The notes under the pieces: generated by a model
Databases searched by the model: none
What the model saw: the letters and a program-made list of their open reading frames with translations, nothing else
Told to the model about the DNA's origin: nothing
Part shown: positions 52,501 to 64,000 of the stretch, piece by piece
Layout of the letters: each line of letters opens with the position of its first letter
Position numbering within the stretch: position 1 is the stretch's first letter
Assembly (NCBI GenBank): GCA_000934665.2
Contig: JYFJ02000715.1
Location: 1 to 64,000 of the forward strand
Length of the DNA: 64,000 nucleotides
Origin: Catajapyx aquilonaris
Taxonomy: Eukaryota
Reading direction: 5' to 3'
Made by a program: the position numbers and the translations under genes

Positions 52501-55500
52501 AAGGTCAGAAAGCGGAAGGAAGACGGACAGCGAGAAAAGGTCGATCAACCAGCTCAATAAATGGCCAATTTCTTTCCCACAAGAAGTGCAAAGCTCCACG
52601 TTTGAAGGTGAAGAACCTACTACTCAAAATGTAGACAATGGAAGACTAAAGACAGAACAAAGAGTGTCTAAATTGATGAGAGTGTCACTCTAGGTCAACT
52701 ATATACAGCGCCATTTGACCCCTGTGGACAATGCATCATAGCTAATTATAGAATTAAATTAATTGGCACCGGATGTAACGATTTCCCAACAATGTCCTAA
52801 CTGCAATACAATTCTTGGGTTTTTGAATCTTATTGCGTGCGGATTACTCTTTAATTAATAAATTGTCATGTAAATCTCGGGCAGTTTTTTTTTGTGAACC
52901 GGGAATCCGCCTCTCAAAAACGTACAGTTTGGCCCTCTTTTTTGTTTTTTAATCGAGTTGATGAGGAATCCTAAGCTGATTGTCAATTTCGGCAAGTTAC
53001 GACTTGAGACCCACTTGGATTCACTAAGCCCTCTCTTCCTCCCCAGAGATGACGTCAGGGTATAAATTAATTTATTCATTTTCTCCACTTTTCCATTTGC
53101 GTGACTTTGCATATTAACAACATTTTAGGCGGTATTTATTTAAAACTTAGATCTTCTCCTTTTCCTGTCCTGGAAACCGCCTCTCAGGTTATTCCAGTGG
53201 ATGAGGAAAACTGTTCAGATTTACATTTTTTATATACCAGAAGCCTCTTATGTGTTGAGTGTATTCGTTTGAAGTATCATTTTTGACCATGTAAATATTC
53301 CGGGCTGTAAACATGATTCAATCTAAGTTAGAAGCACAAGATGAACTTGCTCCAATTCCAAGTGATGTTTCATCTCAGCTATATATACTCTCGTGTGGAG
53401 ACGGAGTCTGGAAATTAATAACTGGGGGAGGGAGAAAGGTGTATATATACTGTTCCTATATAGGAAAGTGACGGTACGAAGTGTGACGTTTCGGAAAATG
53501 AACTTTTCGGGTCCTCCGTTCCGCCTCCTTTCCATCAACAGAATTGACATACAGTATACACAACATTTATTCATCAGAATCCCAGCACGTGACTCGCTCG
53601 CGATTCCATTTCTGCAAAGACGTGACCTTCCCGCTTCTCGTCCTTCTCACTTTGCACTATACACGTCTCCACAAACTCTATTAATTTTTTCGGAAAGCCC
53701 TCAGATTCCGTAGAGACAAAAAAAAATACCTTGCTTACCGACATAGTTGGAGGGAATGAAATGAGCGTAACAAATCAAATTGAGCAACAAAATTGCTATT
53801 AGATTATCTCTGTAATGAATTGTAAAAAAATGTGTAAGAATAATTCATGCCATTTAAATGCCAGCATGTCCAGCTGATTTCCGGACTACATGGTATAGTA
53901 CAACATGCACTTGTCCATCGCGGCTGTTCATCTCCCAATCGCCGGCCGATAATCCTGTTTCATAGTGGATTCAAAGGTGCGGAAAGTCGGCAATTAAATT
54001 CTTTTCGTCGCCCCCCGACTGCCTGCTAATATTATTCCGCGTCGTAATTCGCAGTCACGACCAGTGATTGAAGTGTGTTGCCAGAGTTTAGGCCTGTGGA
54101 ATTGGCCTCCGACAGATGGCCAACTGAGCACAGTGAAAACGAGGATGAATCATGGAGGGAGAGTGAGAGAGGGTGGCTAAATGTTATTTAGGGATTGCTC
54201 AATAAACCGCACGCAACACTCATCGGACCGCTCCATCTCGATAATGGAGCGGAAAACCGCGATTATAACACTTGTCACTCGTTCCGACGATTCATCAACA
54301 GGAACACTCTTTTTCTCCAGATTCACCACGCACATATTTTTATTCCTTTGACGCCTAATAGGCTTATTCTCTCTGTCGGATGTTTATCCATCCTGATCGT
54401 ATGTGCAGAGGGAGTACGCGCCATCTATGCGTGAAAAATACTACCACATGGTAAATCGGCGGGCCATCTCACCAGTTGTTTGATTGTCACCATGATGATA
54501 CGTGGATTTTGCCAAATTTTAGCAACTAGTACGTGCGTATAGAAACCTTGCAAATGGTAGCCCCTTTCCAGACCGTCCCTTTGAAGTCTTCTATATACGG
54601 TTCTAGAAGGGGTTGGGTGGGGATGCTGCAACTTCATTCCCATTTGTTTTCCTTATCCCCCATTCAAATTATGCAAACCAAGTTCCAGGTGCAAATGGAA
54701 TTGGCTTGCAGTGTGCGGAAGGGTTAAGGGGAAATGCTATTCAAATTAACGCTCGCAAAATTTTCGGGGTCCCAACTGGAATAACAGACAAGATTTTATG
54801 TCAAAAGCTACGCATCGCAATTTTGAGGCCCGCGAGTCCCTCTCCCAGCAGCATTTTTGCTTTTTGCTTTTCCTTCCTTCCTTCCTCTCTGCGTATTGAT
54901 TGTTGGCACCATGTTTGTTGTAGCCAAGTTACACAGCGGTTAATGCAAGATTATTCATGGGTTTACCCAGCTGGTGTCTTGCTTGGAGAACCCATTTGCG
55001 GATGGATATTTAGCGAGCCTGACAGGAAAATGCTGGCTCGGATTTTCATATATTTAAAAAAATATCCAGGTCTTGCATATACTTGGTGTGCGCTTCGAAG
55101 TTTACAAGGTCTGACACCGTCTTTTTGAATTAAGTGTGAAGCAGTTGTGCCCGATAACGATATTTATATACGTTACAAGACGGATTCGATTTTTGCGTAT
55201 ATAGTATTCTTGTGCTATTGACTCGATAGGTTTATGTTACTCAGCGATTATGTAAACTGGCTGCCAAATGGGTCAGACACAGGCTGGTGTTTTTAAGTTA
55301 CATCCCAGAGCGAATTTCCCCACGGTATTTTTTAATCGATTATAGCGAACAGCTTCAGAATTGCGATTATTTTTTTCCATCCTAAATTACCAGCAGGCCC
55401 AGGCACCAGTGGGATAATAATGGGCCTAAATCAGCAAGCCATCACTGTTAAAAAGAGCATATGTTTCACAGGTGAGTTCACTAGCATAAAAATTTGAAAA

Positions 55501-55503
55501 CAC

Positions 55504-55572
55504 GGGGGCGAATACGCCGGGGGCGAAATTGTCGCGGGGGCCAATATGCCGGGGGCGAAAAGTCCGAGACCC
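55504..55572. repeat. Four ~15-16-nt GGGGGCGAA-type units, probably the subterminal repeats of a DNA transposon end
   Basis: gggggcgaatacgcc, gggggcgaaattgtcgc, gggggccaatatgcc and gggggcgaaaagtcc, followed by gagaccc. Confidence 0.6.
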
Positions 55573-55643
55573 TTAATAATATAACAACATGATATTTTGA
55601 ATGTGAACACTATTGCGATTCGATTCAGTAACAATCTTGTTAA

Positions 55644-55766
55644 CCTCCTCAGACCCCGGGTACAGTATAATGTACCATTGTTTTTTCCAGCACCTTCTGA
55701 CTAACTCAAAAGCGTTTAAAAAACCAAAACAAAGGTACAGTGTACTGTACTCCGGGTCTCAGGAGG
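55644..55766. mobile_element. piggyBac-like MITE with TTAA TSD
   Basis: TTAA|CCTCCTCAGACCCCGGGTACAGTA...TACTGTACTCCGGGTCTCAGGAGG|TTAA. Confidence 0.85.
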
Positions 55767-58700
55767 TTAATAATAATTTCTACAGAAATATTGGGATTCC
55801 TGCTGAGTTCGGTTCACTTTTGGAACACAAGGTGTCAATAAAAATCGTAGAAAAAAATTTCTCTAAACTCCGGGCATCCGTCGCCATCCTTCAAACCCAA
55901 TTTCTCTACATGGTGCGATCCGGGGAAAGAAAAATTTCGCCAAAAAAAAAATCTTAACACAAGTGGTTGTGTCAGATCCGCCTTCGCCAAGGCTCGCATC
56001 CCATCTGTGACCTCACAACGGAGCTTTTAGCCTTTATGTCCGAGACATCCACAACTCCTTTTCACTCGATCTCAAAAGTAAATCTCATTTGCCTCTATCG
56101 GGCGACACTTCTTCTCTCCTTTTTTTCCTTTCCAAAAAAAAGGGTGGTTCCTAAGACCATCTTTTGAAAGCGTCTTGGCAGGGCGTACTGGGAGTAGGCT
56201 TGTTAGGATAATGGTCCGAACTCATGGCATTTTGAGGTCACATCTTCCACACCTGGTGTCTGTACTGGTCTATATACACTGTGCCAACACTTATGCTATA
56301 GAGGGTTATAGTGGGTGGGGGAAGATGTTCAGGATATTCATCGTATTGATCACGAAAACTGGTGGGGAGCCTAACGGGCTGGAGAAATTGAGTGAAAAAA
56401 CTAGAATGCTGAGTCAGCATAGTTGCACAAAAAAGCACTGTCGAAAGACTTACAAATGCATGGAAATCGGTCTGAGAAAAATGACTAATAATCGCGCGAA
56501 TTTATTTACTGCATTCATTGCCACCTTGGGTACTTGTAATAAAAACCATTTCATTGCCAACAGTTTAGAGTTCCCAGCAGTAGATTTTTTGTGAAAATGA
56601 ATCTGGCTGCATGATCAGGGAGATTAAAAATTCGGCCATAAATATCATTTTCACAGCGCAAAATTATGCGTCGAGGCCTATTGAATATTTAGCGTGTCAC
56701 TGCTTTTTGCGAATTGCAAAAATTCAGATAAATCATGGCCCGAAAATGCTGATCGTCACATTGGCGTCAGTTCTCTAAACTGATCCCCTCGTGAACACAT
56801 CCATTGGAGGGGGGAGGGGGGAGGGGGAGAGAAAAAATCAAGCGCGGTAGCAATATTGAAAATGAGTGCCGCGAAAAACGTTTTGTCAATTATCGGGGCG
56901 TAATGAGTCCCGGCCAACAATCATCGAGTAACGCGAGAGCATGTTTGAAATCAGATCGAGGGTTTCTGTAACAAAATTACGATATAGAATAAATTACAGC
57001 GTGACCACCCCCGCAGGCAGGCATTAATTCATTATGGCTGAAACAAGTGTATGGTTTAATTTTATGCCGCGTTGATTGGGTCGGTATTTGCCTATAGTTC
57101 CCCCGTCAGTTCGAGTCGCCCCCCGGGGGAAGGGGGTAGGGGGGTGAATTGGTAGAGAGAGAGAGTAACAGACTACTTGTTTCAAATTACAATCGTATCT
57201 AACCAGCAGAGATGGAATTTAGCGATTTTATTGTGGTTCACCATTGGGATTTGATTAGATCAAGCGGAAGAAGTTTGAGGGCAATGTCTAATATTCCGAT
57301 TGTGCCAGGATTTCAATATGGGAAATGCCGTTGCGAACAATTGATTAGCGTTTATTAACGAGGCTTCTGAGATCAACATGTCTACATAAAAATGATCCTG
57401 TGGTTTCCAGCAGGAGTGAGTCCCCTGTAAGTTTGCTCGAATCATTACAGAGCACCCTGTGCATGGGGTCCCTGAATGTCCAGCGTGTGTAAACCAACCC
57501 TGAGGCTATGCGGACCAATCGGAGCGTGAATTTTCTTGCCTATTAGTCGGCCTATATGTTGACCCAAATTTAATCAGAGTGGGACGTCACCTCCTACTAA
57601 AATCTGCTCTCAAAAGGGGCTTAGAGAGGCCGAGTGTTCCTTTCGGTCGAGGGCGATTCCCATCCAGAGGAAAAGGTCGGAAGCTTTTCCCTTCATCCAC
57701 AAACCCTATATACCCTTTTTCCCTATGCCACATCCCCCTCAACCCCTCCTCTTTCCTTTTCCCTGCTCGCAACATTTTCGATAACCTAATTAACTTTGGA
57801 TTAATGACACGAGGAGTAAAATCGGGACCATGACGCGGGTATATATAGGGTGGGTATTGATCATATGCTGGCATCACCAGGAAAAAGCTTGGTGTGTGTT
57901 GAGTCTCCTCTTTGTCTGTGTGTCCGGATTGTCACTTGTAGACAGGTGACCTGTCACGACTGACCACATTAATCAGGCTGTCGGGGGGTGGGGCCTCAAT
58001 CCCGCAAATTGGGGAGGCAGGGCGTGAAAATACTTAACCCAACATCGACCAATGTGAAACAAGAATCAATGGGTGATGGCATCCCTTACCAATTTTTTTT
58101 CCGTATCTTCCTGGTGGGTCCTTGTCATCAGCATCTGGATGGAAATGATGAGGAAGTGGACCAGAAGTAAGTTGGAGCGCAGTTAGCTCCTCATCCGAGC
58201 CAAGCCCAGCCACCAGGCCCATTCAGAGCTCAACAAAAGCCGTGCTCCTCTGATTGACTAACGTGTTTTCTTTCCCTTGCCCTTCTTTTTTTTTTTTTAC
58301 CCCCCCTGTTCGGTCCATTTATTTCCGACGGAAAGAAGAGGATTAAAGCACAGACTGCGTTCGATCGAATTCCGATACTTCTATTTTCATAGGATGAAGT
58401 CCCAAAGACTGCAAATGGCAATTATTGATGAGGTACGGATCTGATGCAAGCAGCGTTTGTTTTGCGATATTGGACCTGCGATTTGGCCAGAGTTGAATTC
58501 TGGTAACGTGTGTTTCTGCCAATGGCTGGTTTTAGCCAATTTTTAAATAATACAGTTGAACGTCATTTTACTTGAGAAATTTGCAGGGTTGTCGCAGTTT
58601 CATGTTGATTGAGAATTGACCATACGAATGAATGTTTTTAACACAAAAAATGCGAACTACACTCTAAATCTCTTCACGCATACAATCACGCTTATAATCA

Positions 58701-59966
58701 ATATGGATAATATGGAATCACGCTTATTTTTATACGTGAAGTGGCTTTTAAACGTACGTTGATCACGCATATGACCACTGTATGCGTGACAGAATGACGT
58801 TTACAAACGTATGCGTGAGCACCTTCGATTCATCACGCGTAAAATTACGCATATATCAGGTTCTTCAATATACGAATCGAATTTTATAGCACTATCCTAG
58901 TGGGGGGGGGGGCACACCCGAAATAGCGCGTAATAACTAATAATTGGTCCATAAGCGTCAAACTCCAACCGCAACGCAGGTATTTGCCGCGCATTACATT
59001 TTGCAGGCCACTTGGAATGAATTACCATTAGCCAATGAAAGCCTGACGCTGTAGCCGTTAACGAGACTAATGTAATTGTCCGGCTGGTGGTGCAGGGGTA
59101 CGGGGGGGAATTTTTTAAATTTAAATATCTAGGATGGGGGGGCGCTAATAATGGACTTAACTCTTTGCGGAGGGTTTAGAGCCAGGGAGGGGTCCTGCTC
59201 CTAGGAAGCTCTGTTTCAAGAAAAGCATTGCCGGTTGACATTAGCGGAGTAATCACACGCCCATTAGAGACAGCGGAGTTGCCTCCTGATGCAATTTCTG
59301 GGATTTTCCCCCAGCATTACGCCCGACGACTTGGAAGGCGATCAACTTTTCCATCTATTAATAAGTTGCGCTCAACTTACATTAATAGGGAGGGGAAATG
59401 GAGGGTGCTAACAGGAGAGGAGGAGGTGTGATGAGGAGGAGCTAAGGCAGATTTCGTATTAACCAGGATGCAAAATAGTTAGGAGAGATCACGCGCGTTG
59501 TTGATCAACTGCACTGCATTTATGCTGATTATGAACTGTGGCCGGTGGAGTAGAAGATGTGGCAACCATGCGTGGCCGAGCGGGCAACCACGGTTCGTTG
59601 GGCGGAGATTAACCAATCAGGAGTGGACGCTGGGTATTATGTACAGGGGAGAAGCCAAGCGATGTCTTCAGACGATGGGCCTGTTTTGACTACATAACTT
59701 TGGCTATATACAAGAGAAAATCCACAAAGTGCAAAAAAAATCGGTTTTGCGATATTTGACACTAGTAGCGGACTCGTTGCCAAATTTTGGCAACACTGCT
59801 TGGCCCATCCCCCAACTTGGACGTAGTACGATAGGCCACTGCCAGTTGGCGCATGGGCTCTCCATCTGCACACTCCTGCCACTCTCAGCGAGAAAGTTGT
59901 ACTGCAGGCACGTTGGTGATGAGTCACTGCGCGGACAAAGTCCACCAGGGCTCTATACGGTACTAC

Positions 59967-60316
59967 CAGGGAGCATATACTACATAGAGGCGCAAACTTC
60001 TGTCGGCGCCTTTGATGTTCGCGTCTCTCTGTTTGGGGCCGTTGCCAAGGCTGGCGGCCATTTTGAAGTGTGGGGAACGCCAACGAGGTATAAATAGGGT
60101 ACAGGCAAAAATAGGGTCCGACATCTTTGATGGTTTTGGCGGCCATGGCAAGAACACGCGCGAATCAAAGATGGCGGACCCTATTTTTGCCTGTACCCTA
60201 TTTATATCTAGTTGGCGTTACCCACACTTCAAAATGGCCGCCAGCCTTGGCAGCGCCCCAAACAGAGAGACGCGGAAATCGAATGTTTGCGCCTCTTATG
60301 TAGTATATTCTCCCTG
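59967..60316. mobile_element. Foldback MITE, family B (P/Galileo-like), 7-bp TSD GTACTAC, opposite orientation to the 32921 copy
   Basis: GTACTAC|CAGGGAGCATATACTACATAGAG...CTCTTATGTAGTATATTCTCCCTG|GTACTAC. The central spacer is the reverse complement of the one in the 32921 copy. Confidence 0.85.
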
Positions 60317-60603
60317 GTACTACTCTGTCCTCTAATATTGTTGAACAGGGGAAGTGAGAGCTATGGTAACTATACTACCTAGGCGATGAATCGACTTGTT
60401 TACGTGGTTGTGAATTCTATACTGGTATAAGATTGCAGAAAATCCTAGTTTTCTGGCTCCAAATGCAATGTTTGAAACTGACCTAAAATCAGAGCGTGTG
60501 ATTTTTCCTATCATCGTTCCTATATCCGATGCAGCCTGATTTATACAGAGACAGACCTTTAATTCGGTCGCTAATGAGTGTCACGCATTGTCATAAGCCT
60601 GTG

Positions 60604-60858
60604 ACGTGACCTTTCCTCGGGGCTCTTACATGTGGCATGTGATGTGCAGATTTTCGGCCTGAAGGGCATGACGTGTGGTGTGATTAAGCTCATACACCAG
60701 CGGGTTCTATGCAGATATCTGTAACCCAGGNACGTGACCTTTCCTCGGGGCTCTTACATGTGGCATGTGATGTGCAGATTTTCGGCCTGAAGGGCATGCC
60801 GTGTGGTGTGATTAAGCTCATACACCAGCGGGTTCTATGCAGATATCTGTAACCCAGG
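60604..60858. other. 127-nt direct duplication split by a single N; probable assembly-gap overlap
   Basis: 60604-60730 and 60732-60858 are identical apart from one substitution, with an N at 60731. Confidence 0.8.
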
Positions 60859-63800
60859 TGGATATATGTGGGGGGGTAAAAAAAAAAACATAATCGCCTC
60901 TCCCCCCATTGAGTGAGTAGAAAACATGGAATTATGGAGGGGGCAAAGCTGCACATCCCCCATCTCGGTCCAGTAACCAAGCGTATCTGACAAACCCATT
61001 GAATTCTTTTATGAGTATCAGTATTTATTATGCTACATAGCTTCCCTGCAATGCACGTGCACTATGAAATTGAAAATGTTGCGGATTTTTTTTATTTCTG
61101 TTTCGTCACTCGTCCTGAATCGCCAAAAAAGGGGGACAGGAAGGGGGAAAAAAACCACCATGTGTTTGCCACACAACGAGGCTCGGCTTTACAAAACAAA
61201 TGTGCATTAGTCTCCATAATGGCGTGGGAATAAGCTATTTTGGTCAAATGTTCCCGAACAACTGTATGCCAGACGTATTTTTGGCCGTGAATTTAAAAAG
61301 CCGTGTACACTCACCGTGGTCGGAATAAACAAACATTTTCAACATTACAATACAGCGAATTATAAAGTGCAAAAAAATGGGGGTTGTTATTACTGTACAG
61401 TATAAAAGGCTATGACTAATGTTTGGCATTTTGTTATACATCCCAACGTAGCCTCTTCAAAGTATAGAGGATCTCGAGAAGAACGTTTCAGACCCTTAGT
61501 TTGAAATGAGTTATAAAAGTCGCCTTCGGACTGAGCAGCCTGCAAGAGGGATAAGGAAGCGAATGGTCCTATAAAAGAGCGATCGTGGGAAAGGACACAC
61601 TCGTTGCTTACAGTGTACCTTTTTCTTGTCCTGTTCGGAACTGGAAGTATTGGCTATCCTTTTCGATCATTCCCTTGCTGCTGGACAGACTTCTTCTAGC
61701 TGCTGGGCTCCCAACTCCTTCCCATATAGCAGCATCTCTCTTCTCAGTTGCAAGGAAGCTGAGACCGTATGAATGTAGCCGCCGGAACCCTTTATATGAA
61801 TATATTTCAACCGCCAACGAGTCGTAAGGGAAGCTAATAGTATTTCATGAATAGGGAAAAGGCAGATCCTCTCCCTTTCCTAATTATTTCCAAAAAGAGC
61901 TTTTCCTTTTCAATGCACGGAAAGAAAATTATTCCTGCAGCAGGAAAAGGAGGAAAAGGAATATATATCGGGAGGAGAAGGAGAAAAAAATGCAGGTGAC
62001 TTTTTTTTCCTTCTTTTTTTTCGGAGAGGTGGAGCAGAAATGAGCGATTTTTGGATGGGGGGGATCCCGCATTAAATCATGTGCACACGTAAGACTTACT
62101 GTTCCCGGATAATTGCAGCTTCGGCAGTCGTTTTCCACCTGTTGGCCACGTATTGATCCAGTGGAGGAGAGGCTGGAGAACATACCAATTTCTCGGAGAC
62201 CAAATCTCGGCGCTTTAATCGGGGGGGCTGGGACATAGTTGGAAGAGGCAGAGATTCGCTGTACCCATCCAGAGAAGTACGGATATGAATTTATAGCTGT
62301 TTATCTTGGAAACGTTGTACAACAGTGGACAACTTTATTTCAGAAGCCCACCATGTGTACCTGCTGATAAGTGAGCTGGAAACGAGGCCCAAACTAGACA
62401 CCGAAAAATATCAACACTTTTGCACACCACTGATTGTTAAAAGTGTGGCCATTGCACATGAAATTGGAGAGGTTTCCAAAAATAATTTCACGGCTTGTCG
62501 TTTCCAGCAGCCCAACAACTCGTGTGGATATTTTTAACGTTTATGATGACTGACACAAACTTCCTGAACTTCTAAAGACATATCTTGGCACCATGTAATT
62601 ACGCACCATGTAGATAACATATTATTTGGGAGTCCTCAATAGACTGGTGCGGTGAAATCCAGGTTAACAAAAGGGCCCGCCTGCTTAGTCAGTCTACTCA
62701 GGGTGCTTTTAGGTGTTGATCAGAACCACTCAGGTGCGAGATGGAGAATTCCTCAGGGCATTTATAGCCCTCCTTTGAAGGAACTGTTAGGGCCACATCG
62801 CGTCACGAACACCCGGGATTGGCTTGATATGTATTAATTCTACCACGATTTCTCCATCAGGAATTTGTCTCATTGTGAATATACGTTTTTACCAATGACA
62901 GTGTATTAAAGAGTTCCTTTAGTACAAAGCAGGTACTGTAGCAGCACTTGCGGTAATAGCAGCGAGCCAAAAACTATTTCATCAAATTGCGGGTAACCAG
63001 GCTGCTAAACAGGAACCGGGGGAGGTCCTCCATCAAAACGGTATAGATACTTAAACTTCCTCTTCCTCCTGTGAAATTTTAGCGGGCAGAGGGGCAGCAC
63101 ATATTTCCATCAGGTCACTTCTGGGGATTCATCCCGGAAGTGTCAAACCTAATTTCCCCTCCCATCTCCTCTGTGGTCGCCTCTGAGTTTATTTTCCTCT
63201 TCTATATATACCCCATGCATCAGCTCAACTCTTGCTTTTCCAGAGTTGGAGGGGGGGATATATTATGGGAAGAGGAAAAGGAGCAACAACAGTCCTTTTC
63301 CTCAGAATATTGCGAGTCCTGCTGACCAGACTCATTAGCCTTTGCTTCGCTTTTAAAACTAGTCAGGTTTCCGCCTACGACCTCATCATTCTTTGTAAAG
63401 CTTGGAGATAATTTAATTCCGGTTCCATGTTCCCTGCCTCTCTCCCTCTCTCCATATTCGCCAAAGATGAAGTTTGGCGTTTTCAGTGGCAAGAAACCCC
63501 ACAGATATACGTGCCTTCTCGCACAGTTGCAATATTGGGAGAACATATTGGAAAATTTTGCTCTATAGAATACATGTATTAAAGTTGCAAATAATTAATT
63601 TGTGAGTAACAAAAAAATATGGCAGGACAAACAGACTATATTTTCTGTAGACGGTAGATGGAGAAACCGTGACTGGGTGTAACTCATCGGTATATAATAT
63701 TCGAGATCATGCTCCGGCAGAAATGCATTCCGATAAAACTGAAACCGAAGAGACCCATTCTTTGTGGACTAATGTACTTCCACCTCTCCTGCTCTCCCTC

Positions 63801-64000
63801 TCTTCTTTTGTCTGTTCTGAATCCAACTCCATTATCCACTTGCTTGTTAGAAGAGGAGGCCTTCGTTCTGAAGAGCAGAAGGAGAGAGAAGAAAAAAAAG
63901 GAGAGAGCAAAGGTCGAAGGTGCAGGGCGTCACCATCCAGGCCTAAAATCCCATCCCCAAAGTGCCTCTTTTCCTCTTTTTTCTTCTTCTCTGTATCACT

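Noticed and set aside
59637..60335. Overlapping ORFs up to 169 aa, similar to ORFs at 33081-33311
   Set aside because: They derive from the non-coding foldback MITE and show no transposase features.
60604..60858. Biological tandem duplication
   Set aside because: The two copies are separated by a single N and differ at one base, typical of overlapping contig ends or haplotypes at a scaffold gap.

Overview
Eukaryotic, intron-rich genomic DNA, most likely from an arthropod (a gustatory receptor, introns of about 55-90 nt, and a tRNA-derived SINE of the kind common in hemimetabolous insects). It is not prokaryotic, so the ORF track shows only exon fragments; I rebuilt the gene models by hand from GT-AG sites and reading-frame continuity. 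The first ~38 kb is gene-dense, in this order: a partial coiled-coil gene (-), an 836-aa orphan gene (+), a 7TM gustatory receptor (-), FBXO8 (-), an FBXO2/6/44-type F-box/FBA gene with an intronless CDS (+), a short CEP44 (+), BCAS3/rudhira (+, two alternative last exons), GEMIN5/rigor mortis (-), RBX1 (+), a possible small TM gene (-) and DXO/Dom3Z (-). The last ~26 kb has no recognisable CDS and holds MITEs, SINEs, motif clusters and one probable assembly artefact. The most notable points are: the head-to-head FBXO8-CEP44 pair, also head-to-head in human, with a second F-box gene inserted between them that may share CEP44's first exon; foldback MITEs with Galileo-type 7-bp GTACTAC/GTAGTAC target duplications; and a GEMIN5 5' UTR intron made almost entirely of a branch-point-like minisatellite.
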